Shown here piece after piece: positions 37,248 to 46,432 of a stretch of 64,000 nt of DNA. The stretch is from an uncultured Gammaproteobacteria bacterium. Lineage in GTDB: Bacteria; Pseudomonadota; Gammaproteobacteria; PS1; Pseudothioglobaceae. The DNA is taken from positions 21,215-85,214 of the forward strand of contig CAJXOB010000001.1 of NCBI GenBank assembly GCA_913057955.1, read 5' to 3'. The first letter of the stretch is position 1; each line of letters begins with the position of its first letter. Position numbers and translations under genes: made by a program. The notes under the pieces are model-generated. The model ran no database searches. It worked only from the letters and a program-made list of their open reading frames with translations, and was not told the origin of the DNA.

Positions 37248-37994
37248 ATGCGTAAAACGATTATTGCTGGCAACTGGAAAATGAACGCTAATAAAGGCTC
37301 TGTTAAGAGTTTAATTGGCGGAATATTGTCTGGGATGGACGGCGTTAATTCAGAGGTTTTGGTTTGCGTTCCTTTTCCATACTTGTCCCAGGTCGAGTCT
37401 TTAATAGAAGGTAGTAATTTAAAACTTGGCGCTCAAAACCTCAATATAAACTCATCAGGCGCATTCACTGGTGAAGTCAGTGCGGACATGATAAAAGACT
37501 TTGGCGCTAAACACGTTATCGTTGGACATTCTGAAAGACGAAGCCTATACGGCGAAACAAGCTCGGTTGTAGCAGAAAAAACTAAAGCCGCAATAGACTC
37601 TGGACTGACCCCACTTTTATGTGTTGGAGAGTCTTTAGAGCATAGAGAGGCTGGAAAAACTGAGGCGGTTGTTGAGGAGCAAATGAATGCTGTTATTGAG
37701 CTTCTTGGAATTGACTCTTTTCATAATATTATTGTCGCTTATGAGCCAGTATGGGCTATAGGAACAGGCATGACAGCAACACCAGAACAAGCACAAGCGG
37801 TTCATTTATTTATACGAAACCTTTTAGGCAAGAGTAGTGAAAACGTTGCTCAAAAAACACCTATACTATATGGTGGAAGCATGAATGCAGGCAATGCGGT
37901 TGAGTTAATTTCTTGTCCAGATATTGATGGTGGGCTAATTGGCGGAGCTGCACTTAAAGCAGAAGATTTTTTACAAATATGTAAGGCAGGTTAA
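37248..37994 (+). CDS. tpiA: triosephosphate isomerase
   Basis: Carries AGNWKMN, VGHSERR and AYEPVWAIGTG. The ATG at 37248 is preferred over the upstream TTG at 37230. Confidence 0.95.
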   Translation: MRKTIIAGNWKMNANKGSVKSLIGGILSGMDGVNSEVLVCVPFPYLSQVESLIEGSNLKLGAQNLNINSSGAFTGEVSADMIKDFGAKHVIVGHSERRSLYGETSSVVAEKTKAAIDSGLTPLLCVGESLEHREAGKTEAVVEEQMNAVIELLGIDSFHNIIVAYEPVWAIGTGMTATPEQAQAVHLFIRNLLGKSSENVAQKTPILYGGSMNAGNAVELISCPDIDGGLIGGAALKAEDFLQICKAG

Positions 37995-37996
37995 AT

Positions 37997-38326
37997 ATGA
38001 CATTTCAAATAATTTTAGTAATTCATGTATTGTTGGCTCTAGGCCTAGTCGGGTTAATATTAATACAGCATGGTAAGGGCGCAGATGCTGGCGCAGCATT
38101 TGGTTCTGGCGCAGCAGGATCAGTTTTTGGGGCTAGAGGCGCGCATTCATTTTTATATAAATTAACTGCAGTCTTGGCTATTGGTTTTTTTGTAACCAGC
38201 ATAAGCCTTGCATATTTTGCTTCAAATGAAAGATCTGCAACAGACACAGACCAAAGCATTATGTCACAGCCAACTATGAGCGATGATGCGTTTGAAACAG
38301 ACACAAGCGAAATACCCAGCAATTAA
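37997..38326 (+). CDS. secG: preprotein translocase subunit SecG
   Basis: 109 aa with two TM helices flanking a Gly-rich loop (GKGADAGAAFGSGAAGSVFG). It is followed by tRNA-Leu, as in the E. coli secG-leuU arrangement. Confidence 0.85.
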   Translation: MTFQIILVIHVLLALGLVGLILIQHGKGADAGAAFGSGAAGSVFGARGAHSFLYKLTAVLAIGFFVTSISLAYFASNERSATDTDQSIMSQPTMSDDAFETDTSEIPSN

Positions 38327-38331
38327 TTAAG

Positions 38332-38416
38332 GCCGTCGTGGTGAAATTGGTAGACACGCAGCCTTGAGGGGGCTGTAGCGCAAGCTGTGACGGTTCGACT
38401 CCGTCCGACGGCACCA
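38332..38416 (+). tRNA. leuU: tRNA-Leu, anticodon GAG, type II (long variable arm), CCA encoded
   Basis: Folded by hand. The acceptor stem is GCCGTCG/CGACGGC. The anticodon stem is CAGCC/GGCTG with loop TTGAGGG, giving anticodon GAG. The variable arm is TAGCGCAAGCTGT. The T arm is GACGG-TTCGACT-CCGTC. The discriminator is A, followed by CCA. Confidence 0.93.
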
Positions 38417-38545
38417 AGGTTTTTAGTTTGCTCTCCTTAAATTTTCTTCGGAAACAATAAAAAACCTTAACCTGTGCTCTTTAGATTAGCCTTAAGTTGA
38501 GGGATAACAACAGGGATTACTTGAGCTAATATTATTTCTTGCTTG

Positions 38546-38559
38546 CATAACATGTTATG
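38546..38559. promoter_or_regulatory. perfect 14-bp palindrome CATAACATGTTATG upstream of the EamA transporter gene (candidate operator)
   Basis: Read directly. The sequence is self-complementary and lies 33 nt upstream of the ATG at 38592. No binding factor is identified. Confidence 0.2.
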
Positions 38560-38591
38560 TACAATCATCACTCTTGCTTAATTTCGACTTA

Positions 38592-39500
38592 ATGAAGTTT
38601 ACAAATATAAAAGTGCTTAAAGGAATAGGCTTAATGCTCCTAGGGATGTCACTTGTTCCTTTTTTGGATATTTTTGCCAAGCTTTTAAGTGAAGACTACC
38701 CAGTAACACAGGTTACATGGACGCGCTTTTTTTTCCATGCTATTTGGTTGTTGCCAATGATGGCCTGGCAAAAAGTTAAGTTGTTTTCAGTTCCTGAAAA
38801 ACCTAGCCTGCAGTTTTTAAGAGGCCTGATGCTTACGCTAGCTACACTATTCTTTTTTGCAGCCATTGTAACCAACGACATTCCTGAAGCGCTTACGCTG
38901 TTATTCATCTCACCACTTGTTGTTGCAATCCTTTCGCCTTTTGTTTTAGGAGAGCGTTTTGATATATTTATTGGGGTGGGTGTTTTAATAGGGTTTATAG
39001 GAGTTATCGTGGTTCTTCAGCCAGATAGTGAGCAGTTTGATCCGTCTCTATTGTTTGCCTTAATTGCTGGGTTTTGCTATGCTCTTTATATTATCATAAC
39101 CAAAAAACTTTCTTTTCGTGCGCCACCAGTTTTGACTTTATTTTATTCTGCAGTCGTGGGCTTGCTAATAATGGCACCACTAGCAGCAGTTCAATGGGTA
39201 ACACCTGATTTAAAGGCTGTATTAATGGGCGCAGCAATGGGATTTTTTGCTGCAACCTCGCACTTTATGATTATTAAAGCTTTTGAATTTGCTAGTGCAT
39301 CAGAACTAAGCCCTTTTAATTATTTTGAAATCGTAGTTGCCATTATTTTGAGTTATTTGATTTTCGGGTTTGTGCCTAATATTCAAGCAGTACTCGGATT
39401 AATTATCATCATTCTTAGTGGCCTTTATGTTTCTTGGCGAGCAATGAAAAATAATCAAAATCAAGAAAACAAACAAGAGGCTTTAATAGAGCCTTTATAA
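38592..39500 (+). CDS. DMT superfamily (EamA-like) transporter
   Basis: About 300 aa with roughly 10 predicted TM helices in a duplicated EamA pattern. The ORF-track start at 38574 is a TTG, and the ATG at 38592 is preferred. Confidence 0.8.
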   Translation: MKFTNIKVLKGIGLMLLGMSLVPFLDIFAKLLSEDYPVTQVTWTRFFFHAIWLLPMMAWQKVKLFSVPEKPSLQFLRGLMLTLATLFFFAAIVTNDIPEALTLLFISPLVVAILSPFVLGERFDIFIGVGVLIGFIGVIVVLQPDSEQFDPSLLFALIAGFCYALYIIITKKLSFRAPPVLTLFYSAVVGLLIMAPLAAVQWVTPDLKAVLMGAAMGFFAATSHFMIIKAFEFASASELSPFNYFEIVVAIILSYLIFGFVPNIQAVLGLIIIILSGLYVSWRAMKNNQNQENKQEALIEPL

Positions 39501-39635
39501 GGCCACTATACCAACTCCGAAGCCATATTTTTGGAATTTCAGACATACTGTTTAATGCCTAACATATAATATGCGGGCTTTAAATCTCTTTTGTAGTCAC
39601 TATATACCCCACATTGGAATTAACCTTAAAATATT

Positions 39636-42089
39636 ATGAATTGGCGAACAAAAACTGAATTAAAAATAGAGCTTTTTTCTGATTGGCTTTTTGAAAATGC
39701 AAAGAAAACTATATTAATTATTTTTCTTCTTGTGGTGGCTCTTGGCTCACAATTACCATCTTTAAAGATTGATACAACTACCGAAGGGTTTTTACACAAG
39801 ACTGACCCGATGCGAGTTGAGTACGACATATTTAGAGATCAGTTTGGTAGAGACGAAAAACTAATGATTGCCGTTAAAACTGGAAACATTTTTGATTTAA
39901 ACTTCTTAAAGAAGCTTGACAGTTTCCATGATGCTTTAGAGAGCGAACTTCCAAATATTAAAGGCGTTGACTCTCTAATAAACGCTAGGAATACCTATGG
40001 AATTGAGGGCGAGCTAATTGTTGAGCCTTTAATCGACAGCCCTCCAGAAACCGAAGAAGCTTTATTCAAGCTTAAGGAAATAGTCACCAGTAACAGTCTT
40101 TATGAAAACTCACTTTATAGTGAAGACTTTACGATGACTACCGTTACTATAGACACAGAAACATACTCGAATAAAGGACTGTCGAATGAGTCAGATAGTT
40201 TAGAGTTTGACGATGGTCTAGAGTTTGACGATGGTCTAGAGTTTGACGATGGTCTAGAGTTTGACGATGATAGCTTAGGTGGACAAAGGGTGTATTTAAC
40301 CGATGCTGAGAACGATGAAATAATTGCAAAAACTCAGCTTATCATGCAGCGTTTTGATGGAGAAGATTTTAAAATATACTTATCAGGCTCGGCGGCAATT
40401 GCGGGAATTTTTAAACAAGCCTTAATGAACGATTCAGTTGTTTTTATTAGCTTGATGATGGTAGTTATCATGGTTGTCTTGTTTGCTCTATTTAGGCGAA
40501 TTTCAGGGGTGATATTGCCATTGGCTTGTGTATCTCTTACGCTTATAACCACCGTCTCGTTAATGTCCGTCTTTTCTGCCCCCTTCACAATGGCCACTCA
40601 AATTATGCCAACCTTTTTGTTGGCAGTTGTAACTAGCGCATCTATCCATTTACTGGCTGTTTTTTATAAGGACTTTGCTACAACAAACGACAAAAAAGCC
40701 TCTCTTAGATATGCAATGGGCCACTCGGGCCTGGCAATTATAATGACGTCTATTACTACTGCCGTTGGCTTGTGGTCTTTCTCTTTTTCTGGAGTTGCGC
40801 CCGTAGCAGATCTTGGTATTTTTGCAAGTAGTGGCGTAATGATTGGCCTAGTATTTACTCTTGTCTTTTTGCCTGCTTTAATATCAATAACTAAGGTTAG
40901 TACAGTTAACATGAGTACTGATAATAACGGCCAAACTCTAATGGACAGAGCCCTTGTTGGCATAAGTGTGTTTGCAACTGGACGCCCTAAGCTGATAGTT
41001 TCAGTAAGCACTGTGTTAATAATTTGTGCGGCTATAGTTGCAGCTCAGCTAAGGTTCTCACATTTTCCGCTCCAATGGCTTCCTGAGGACAACTTTGCGC
41101 GCATTGCAACTGAGGCAGTCGATGAAAATCTGAAGGGCTCCCTTACGCTTGAAGTTATTATTGATACTGGAGAAACAAATGGCCTTTATAACCCAGAGCT
41201 TTTAAGAGTAATTGATGACGTTTCTCAAAATATAAATTCCATCTCAACCGGAAACATGTTTGTTGGTAAAGTCATTAGCTATATTGACGTTATTAAGGAA
41301 ACAAATAGAGCGCTTAATGAAAATCGTGAAGAGTATTATGCTATTCCTGATGATCCTGACTTGATTGCTCAGGAATTCTTGCTTTTTGAAAGCAGTGGTA
41401 ATGATGACCTTTCGAGCCTTGTAGATGCAAATTACTCTAAAGCTCGACTAACATTAAAAACCCCTTTTATTGACTCACTCGAGGCCAATATTTTTATAGA
41501 CAGTGCACAGGTATACCTAGACCAAAAATTTGGCCCTCTTGCTAAAGTTACTTTCACAGGCATTGGAACTTTGATGACCGTAACTTTTGAAGAGGCAATT
41601 TATAGTAGTGCGTTTAGTTATGTCCTAGCATTTTCACTGATTACTGTACTTATGGTTCTATTAATAGGCAACTTAAAAATCGGCCTTATTAGTATGATTC
41701 CAAATATTTTGCCTATAATTTTTCTTTCAACAATTATGGTTGTTTTTAAAATGCCTCTTGATATGTTCACTTTATTAATTGGTGCAATAGCGCTTGGACT
41801 TGCTGTTGACGATACCGTTCACTTTATGCATAACTTTAGAAGGTATGAGCTTAAGTATAATGATGTTGATAAGGCGGTAAGGCTTACATTGCTTGGAACT
41901 GGAAGAGCCATTACATTGACATCAATAGTTCTTGCTCTTGGTTTCCTTGTGCTGACCTTTTCTCAAATGAATAACATGTTTGACTTTGGTGTTTTGACAG
42001 CTAGTGCAATTTTAGTTGCTGTTTTGGCAGACTTTTTCTTGATGCCTGCCATAATGAAGTTAATTATTAAAGATAAGACAAGTATGTAA
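39636..42089 (+). CDS. RND superfamily exporter, MMPL/HAE3-like (HpnN-like topology)
   Basis: 817 aa. The architecture is TM1, a large periplasmic loop, 5 TM helices, TM7, a second large loop and 5 more TM helices. An SSD-like motif GLAVDDTVHFMH lies in the C-terminal bundle. Confidence 0.8.
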   Translation: MNWRTKTELKIELFSDWLFENAKKTILIIFLLVVALGSQLPSLKIDTTTEGFLHKTDPMRVEYDIFRDQFGRDEKLMIAVKTGNIFDLNFLKKLDSFHDALESELPNIKGVDSLINARNTYGIEGELIVEPLIDSPPETEEALFKLKEIVTSNSLYENSLYSEDFTMTTVTIDTETYSNKGLSNESDSLEFDDGLEFDDGLEFDDGLEFDDDSLGGQRVYLTDAENDEIIAKTQLIMQRFDGEDFKIYLSGSAAIAGIFKQALMNDSVVFISLMMVVIMVVLFALFRRISGVILPLACVSLTLITTVSLMSVFSAPFTMATQIMPTFLLAVVTSASIHLLAVFYKDFATTNDKKASLRYAMGHSGLAIIMTSITTAVGLWSFSFSGVAPVADLGIFASSGVMIGLVFTLVFLPALISITKVSTVNMSTDNNGQTLMDRALVGISVFATGRPKLIVSVSTVLIICAAIVAAQLRFSHFPLQWLPEDNFARIATEAVDENLKGSLTLEVIIDTGETNGLYNPELLRVIDDVSQNINSISTGNMFVGKVISYIDVIKETNRALNENREEYYAIPDDPDLIAQEFLLFESSGNDDLSSLVDANYSKARLTLKTPFIDSLEANIFIDSAQVYLDQKFGPLAKVTFTGIGTLMTVTFEEAIYSSAFSYVLAFSLITVLMVLLIGNLKIGLISMIPNILPIIFLSTIMVVFKMPLDMFTLLIGAIALGLAVDDTVHFMHNFRRYELKYNDVDKAVRLTLLGTGRAITLTSIVLALGFLVLTFSQMNNMFDFGVLTASAILVAVLADFFLMPAIMKLIIKDKTSM
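40199..40270 (+). repeat. 4 x 18-bp near-perfect in-frame tandem repeat inside the RND transporter gene
   Basis: ttagagtttgacgatggt, then ctagagtttgacgatggt twice, then ctagagtttgacgatgat. This encodes S-LEFDDG-LEFDDG-LEFDDG-LEFDDD in the first periplasmic loop. Confidence 0.95.
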
Positions 42090-42108
42090 ATATTGTAATT
42101 TTAATTAT

Positions 42109-42136
42109 AAAAAAAGGCGCCTAAGGCGCCTTTTTT
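42109..42136. terminator. bidirectional rho-independent terminator between the convergent RND gene and tsf
   Basis: AAAAAAA-GGCGCC-TAA-GGCGCC-TTTTTT. The GC stem is flanked by an A-run and a T-run, so it reads as hairpin plus U-tract on both strands. Confidence 0.75.
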
Positions 42137-42150
42137 GAAGAGTTTTAACT

Positions 42151-43029
42151 TTAGCCTTGGGCCTGAGCCATAACCTCTTCAACAAAATTATCTTCTTTTT
42201 TCTCTATGCCTTCACCAACTTCATAACGAATAAAAGACTCAACTTCTGAATTTTTAGATTTCACTAAAGCACCAACAGTAGTGTCTGGGTCTTTAACAAA
42301 AGACTGGCCATAAAGAGTAACTTCATTGACAAATTTTTTCATTCTGCCAACGATCATTTTTTCAATAATATTATCAGGCTTGCCACTTTCTTTTGCTTGC
42401 TCAATAAAAATTGCCCTTTCTCTTTCAAGAAGCTCAGTTGAGAGCTGGTCTTCACTAACACATTCGGGCTTTGAGGCTGCAATATGCATAGCAACATCTT
42501 TTGCAAGCTCTGCGTCATTTGATGACAACACTGTAAGTACAGCAATTCTTTCACCATGCTTGTATGCGCCTAAAACTCCGCTTTCAGTGCTGACAATTTG
42601 AACCCTTCTAACTGAAACATTTTCACCAATTTTAGCAATTATTTCTTCTCTGGCCTGGTCAACAGTAACGCCTGAGTCTAGTTTTTGCTCTAAAAAGGCT
42701 TCAACAGATTCTGGTTTATTCTTTAATGCTAGGGCGCCTAAAGTGTCAACAAATTCAATAAAGGCCGACCCCTTAGTTACAAAGTCTGTCTCAGAGTTAA
42801 CCTCAAGAATTGCAGCATGCATCTTGTCTTCACTGATAGTAACATTTACAAGCCCTTCAGAGGCCACACGTCCAGCTTTTTTTGCAGCTTTTGCTGCTCC
42901 AGATGCGCGCATTAAATCTATTGCCGCCTCCAAATCTGCATTGGTCTCAACTAATGCTTTTTTGCAGTCCATCATGCCTGCACCAGTTCTTTCTCTTAGT
43001 TCTTTAACTAAAGCGGCTGTAATTGCCAT
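42151..43029 (-). CDS. tsf: translation elongation factor Ts
   Basis: 292 aa. The N-terminus MAITAALVKELRERTGAGMMDCKKAL is the canonical UBA-like EF-Ts start. It lies downstream of rpsB. Confidence 0.96.
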   Translation of the reverse strand: MAITAALVKELRERTGAGMMDCKKALVETNADLEAAIDLMRASGAAKAAKKAGRVASEGLVNVTISEDKMHAAILEVNSETDFVTKGSAFIEFVDTLGALALKNKPESVEAFLEQKLDSGVTVDQAREEIIAKIGENVSVRRVQIVSTESGVLGAYKHGERIAVLTVLSSNDAELAKDVAMHIAASKPECVSEDQLSTELLERERAIFIEQAKESGKPDNIIEKMIVGRMKKFVNEVTLYGQSFVKDPDTTVGALVKSKNSEVESFIRYEVGEGIEKKEDNFVEEVMAQAQG

Positions 43030-43061
43030 AACTCTCTCCTATATATACTCTGTATAGCTAT

Positions 43062-44051
43062 TTATTCACTATCTGCTTTCTTAGCAGCAGGCTTCTTAGC
43101 AGCAGGCTTCTTTTCTTCAGCAGCAGCTTCAGTCTTAGCAGCAGGCTTCTTAGCAGCAGGCTTCTTAGCAGCAGGCTTCTTAGCAGCAGGCTTCTTAGCA
43201 GCAGGCTTCTTAGCAGCAGGCTTCTTTTCTTCAGCAGCAGCTTCAGTCTTAGCAGCAGGCTTCTTTTCTTCAGCAGCAGCTTCAGTCTTAGCAGCAGGCT
43301 TCTTTTCTTCAGCAGCAGCTTCAGTCTTAGCAGCAGGCGCAGATTTCTTAACTGCAGCTTTGGTTTCTACAATCGAAGCTTTAGCCTCTAGTATCGCATT
43401 AGCAATTTCTCTAGCATAATAACCAATTGCTCTGATTGAGTCATCATTTCCGGCTATAACATAATCAATTCCTTCAGGGCTGTGATTTGTGTCAACAACG
43501 CCAATAATTGGAAGTTGTAATGTATGGGCTTCACGAACTGCATTCTTTTCATGACCAATATCAACTACAAAAATAACATCAGGAATACTGCCTAAGTCTT
43601 TAATTCCACCAAGACTTCTTTCAAGTTTTTCTTGCTCTCTAGTCATAATGAGTGCTTCTTTTTTTGTAAACTGGGAAAAGTTTTCTTCTGCAAGAAATTC
43701 AAGATCCTTCAGGCGTTTAATAGAAGCTTTAATAGTTTTGTAATTTGTCATCATGCCACCTAGCCAGCGATGGTTGACATAAGGCATTCCACATCGAATT
43801 GCCTCTTCTTTAATAATATTGCTTGCCGCTCTCTTTGTACCAACAAAAAGGATTGACCCTCCAGCAGCAGCAGTTTTGCTTGCAAAGTTGAGCACATCAT
43901 TGAATTGTGGTAGGGTTTTTTCTAGGTTAATTATGTGAACACCATTTCGTGTTCCGTAGATAAAAGGCTCCATTTTTGGATGCCAAAAACGAGACCTGTG
44001 ACCAAAATGAACACCTGCCTCTAACATTTTTTTCATTGACGCTTTCGCCAT
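43062..44051 (-). CDS. rpsB: 30S ribosomal protein S2 with a C-terminal Lys/Ala/Pro/Glu repeat extension of about 95 aa
   Basis: The start [23 protein letters not shown] at 44051 is preceded by AGGAG. The ORF-track TTG at 44090 is rejected. The core S2 is about 235 aa, followed by the repeats [13 protein letters not shown] x4 and KKPAA x7. Confidence 0.95.
   Translation of the reverse strand: MAKASMKKMLEAGVHFGHRSRFWHPKMEPFIYGTRNGVHIINLEKTLPQFNDVLNFASKTAAAGGSILFVGTKRAASNIIKEEAIRCGMPYVNHRWLGGMMTNYKTIKASIKRLKDLEFLAEENFSQFTKKEALIMTREQEKLERSLGGIKDLGSIPDVIFVVDIGHEKNAVREAHTLQLPIIGVVDTNHSPEGIDYVIAGNDDSIRAIGYYAREIANAILEAKASIVETKAAVKKSAPAAKTEAAAEEKKPAAKTEAAAEEKKPAAKTEAAAEEKKPAAKKPAAKKPAAKKPAAKKPAAKKPAAKTEAAAEEKKPAAKKPAAKKADSE
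43081..43339. repeat. nested tandem DNA repeats (15-bp gcagcaggcttctta units and 39-bp units) encoding the S2 tail
   Basis: Read directly. There are runs of ttagcagcaggcttc, and the block gcagcaggcttcttttcttcagcagcagcttcagtctta is repeated four times. All are in frame within rpsB. Confidence 0.9.
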
Positions 44052-44423
44052 ATTCTTCTCCTGGGTTAAGACTTCCACATTGCCTATCAACCAACCCTAT
44101 TAAAAAGGCACCCTGGTTAATATTGGGGCTCTGTGTGATACATTAAAATACTAACTTTATAAACATCTAGTTAGCCCTTCTTCCAGCTCATGTTGGCTGA
44201 AAGGCAACGATTATCCCATATTTTTTTGAATTAAGCAAAGCCTATTTCTCTAATTTCCTATATACATAGGCATCCACACTCCCCTTCATTAAAAAAACAT
44301 ACAACTCAAAAAAACACCCTTTATAATCGTGTCTTTTTTAAAAAATTGTGACCAGTTTGTTGGTTATGATATGTATGTAGCCTAAAAAAAGGGGGCTCTA
44401 TAATACATATTTGATTTCATACT

Positions 44424-45671
44424 ATGAAAATTGCTATTATTGGAAGCGGAATATCGGGCTTAACGGCTGCGTACCTTCTTCACAAAGAACATGATATTAC
44501 TGTTTTTGAGGCCAATGATTATATTGGTGGTCATACGCATACCCATGAAATTGAGCTGGACAAAAAAAAGTGGCTTATTGATTCTGGGTTTATTGTTTAC
44601 AATGAAAACACATACCCTAACTTTATAAAGCTTCTTCAAAAGCTTAAGGTTGATACTCAAAAAACATCCATGGGCTTTAGCGTTAAGGCCCCAGAAAAAA
44701 ACCTTGAGTACTCTGGAGGCTCATTAAACTCTTTATTTGCTCAACGACTTAATATTTTTAGGCCTTCTTTTTTGTTGATGCTTAAAGACATTATAAGGTT
44801 TAATCGCCTGTCAGTCGCAGAGCTAAAAAACCTTCGAGAGTCAACAACAATCCATGATTTTTTGATCACCCATAAATTTAGCAGGAGCTTTATTGAGAAT
44901 TATATAATTCCAATGGGCGCCGCCATATGGTCTACGGCAGCCGATAAAACAACAGAAATGCCGGCAGTTTTTTATATTAGATTTTTTAAAAACCATGGCT
45001 TACTGCAAATATTTAATCGTCCTCAATGGTTTGTAATTAAAGGCGGCTCAAAAGCTTATGTTCCAAAAATAATAGCAGGATTCAAGCATAAAATTTTGCT
45101 CTCAACCCCAGTCATAAGCGTGATAAGAAACAAAAAAAATATTGAGATTGTTTGTGAAAAAAATGAGGCCACTCATCAGTTTGATAAAGTTATATTTGCA
45201 ACGCATAGTGATCAAGCATTAGCTTTGCTAGAGACTCCTAGCGTGGAAGAGGCTAAAATTCTAGGCGCCTTGCCTTATCAAAAAAATATAGCAATATTGC
45301 ATACTGACGCCTCTATTTTGCCTAAAAAGAAATCCACATGGTCCAGTTGGAACTATCTTTTAAGTACGGATCAAACTAAACCGGTAACGCTAACCTATAA
45401 CATGAATATTTTGCAATCATTAAAGTCAAAGTCTGATTTTTTAGTAACCTTGAATAGTAATGGGGAGATTAACCCAAGTAAAATAATTAAAACCTTGGTC
45501 TATCACCACCCTCTTTTCACGGTTGAGGGTGTAGAAGCGCAAAAAGAAAAGAGTCAAATTAGCGGCATAAACAATACTTTTTATTGCGGTGCATATTGGG
45601 GAAATGGTTTTCATGAGGACGGCGTTTCCAGCGCCCTAGATGTTTGTAAGTTTTTTGATAGGGCCTTATGA
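44424..45671 (+). CDS. FAD/NAD(P)-dependent oxidoreductase, amine-oxidase/phytoene-desaturase-like (UfaD-like candidate)
   Basis: 415 aa. It has the N-terminal dinucleotide fold MKIAIIGSGISGLTAAYLL and a C-terminal FYCGAYWGNGFHEDG motif. It is the first gene of the cluster with DUF1365 and the CFA synthases. Confidence 0.75.
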   Translation: MKIAIIGSGISGLTAAYLLHKEHDITVFEANDYIGGHTHTHEIELDKKKWLIDSGFIVYNENTYPNFIKLLQKLKVDTQKTSMGFSVKAPEKNLEYSGGSLNSLFAQRLNIFRPSFLLMLKDIIRFNRLSVAELKNLRESTTIHDFLITHKFSRSFIENYIIPMGAAIWSTAADKTTEMPAVFYIRFFKNHGLLQIFNRPQWFVIKGGSKAYVPKIIAGFKHKILLSTPVISVIRNKKNIEIVCEKNEATHQFDKVIFATHSDQALALLETPSVEEAKILGALPYQKNIAILHTDASILPKKKSTWSSWNYLLSTDQTKPVTLTYNMNILQSLKSKSDFLVTLNSNGEINPSKIIKTLVYHHPLFTVEGVEAQKEKSQISGINNTFYCGAYWGNGFHEDGVSSALDVCKFFDRAL

Positions 45672-46432
45672 CGCTCTCAAAAAATCACCATCTCTATTGG
45701 GGAACGATTAGTCATCAACGCCATACGCCTTTTAAACGGTTTTTTACATACCCAATTTTTATGGCCTATATTGACATTTCATCTTTGGCAACAACTATGA
45801 AGCCATCGTTTTTTTGGAACATCAATAAACCTGCACTCGTTTCATTTCAAAGGAAGGACTACCATGGAGATCCAGGCTTAGACTTAGATAACGCTGTCAG
45901 GAAAACACTCCATGAAAAAACAGGCAAAGATTTTAAAGGGCCAATTAGGCTTCTAACGCACTTAAGATACTTTGGGTACTGCTTTAACCCAGTAAGCTTT
46001 TATTACTGCTTTGATGAGTCAGATGAAAAAGTTGAAGCCATAATGGCTGAAGTAACAAACACGCCATGGAAGGAGAGACACGCCTACCTCATTGAAGAGC
46101 AGGCTGAAAAAAATAGTAGAACAGGCTTTACCGCGTCGCCAAAAAAGCAATTACACGTGAGCCCTTTTTGGGGAATGGACCATGACTATGAGTGGTTTTT
46201 TTCGCAACCTGAAGATGCTTTAAATGTAAACATGAAAAACTTTAAAGATGGCAAAAAAGTTTTTAATGTCACGCTTAATCTAAAGAGGCGTGCCTTTTCA
46301 AATTCAGGCCTTGTTAAGGCAATTTCCAGATTTCCATTTATTACTCTAATGGTGGTTTATAGAATCCATTGGCAGGCATTTATTCTCTATATAAAAAGAG
46401 CTCCATTTTTTACACATCCAGATAAATTATGA
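45668..46432 (+). CDS. DUF1365 family protein (UfaO-like candidate)
   Basis: 254 aa. The N-terminus LYWGTISHQRHTPFKRFFTYPIFMAYIDI fits the DUF1365 pattern (G.v.H.R..P..h.F.Y). A 4-nt ATGA overlap occurs on both sides. Confidence 0.6.
   Translation: MTLSKNHHLYWGTISHQRHTPFKRFFTYPIFMAYIDISSLATTMKPSFFWNINKPALVSFQRKDYHGDPGLDLDNAVRKTLHEKTGKDFKGPIRLLTHLRYFGYCFNPVSFYYCFDESDEKVEAIMAEVTNTPWKERHAYLIEEQAEKNSRTGFTASPKKQLHVSPFWGMDHDYEWFFSQPEDALNVNMKNFKDGKKVFNVTLNLKRRAFSNSGLVKAISRFPFITLMVVYRIHWQAFILYIKRAPFFTHPDKL

Noticed and set aside
38023-38322. 99-aa ORF antisense to secG, and the 104-aa ORF at 42743-43057 antisense to tsf
   Set aside because: They mirror Gly/Ala-rich or conserved coding regions on the other strand. 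The sense-strand genes are confirmed by motifs and synteny.
38332-38573. tRNA-Leu as an integration hotspot or island boundary
   Set aside because: No integrase, direct repeat of the tRNA 3' end, or compositional shift follows it. secG-tRNA-Leu(GAG) is a conserved housekeeping arrangement.
43081-43339. Regularly spaced direct repeats that superficially resemble a CRISPR-like or intergenic repeat array
   Set aside because: The repeats are contiguous, with no unique spacers. They are in frame and lie inside the rpsB ORF, so they are coding tandem repeats.
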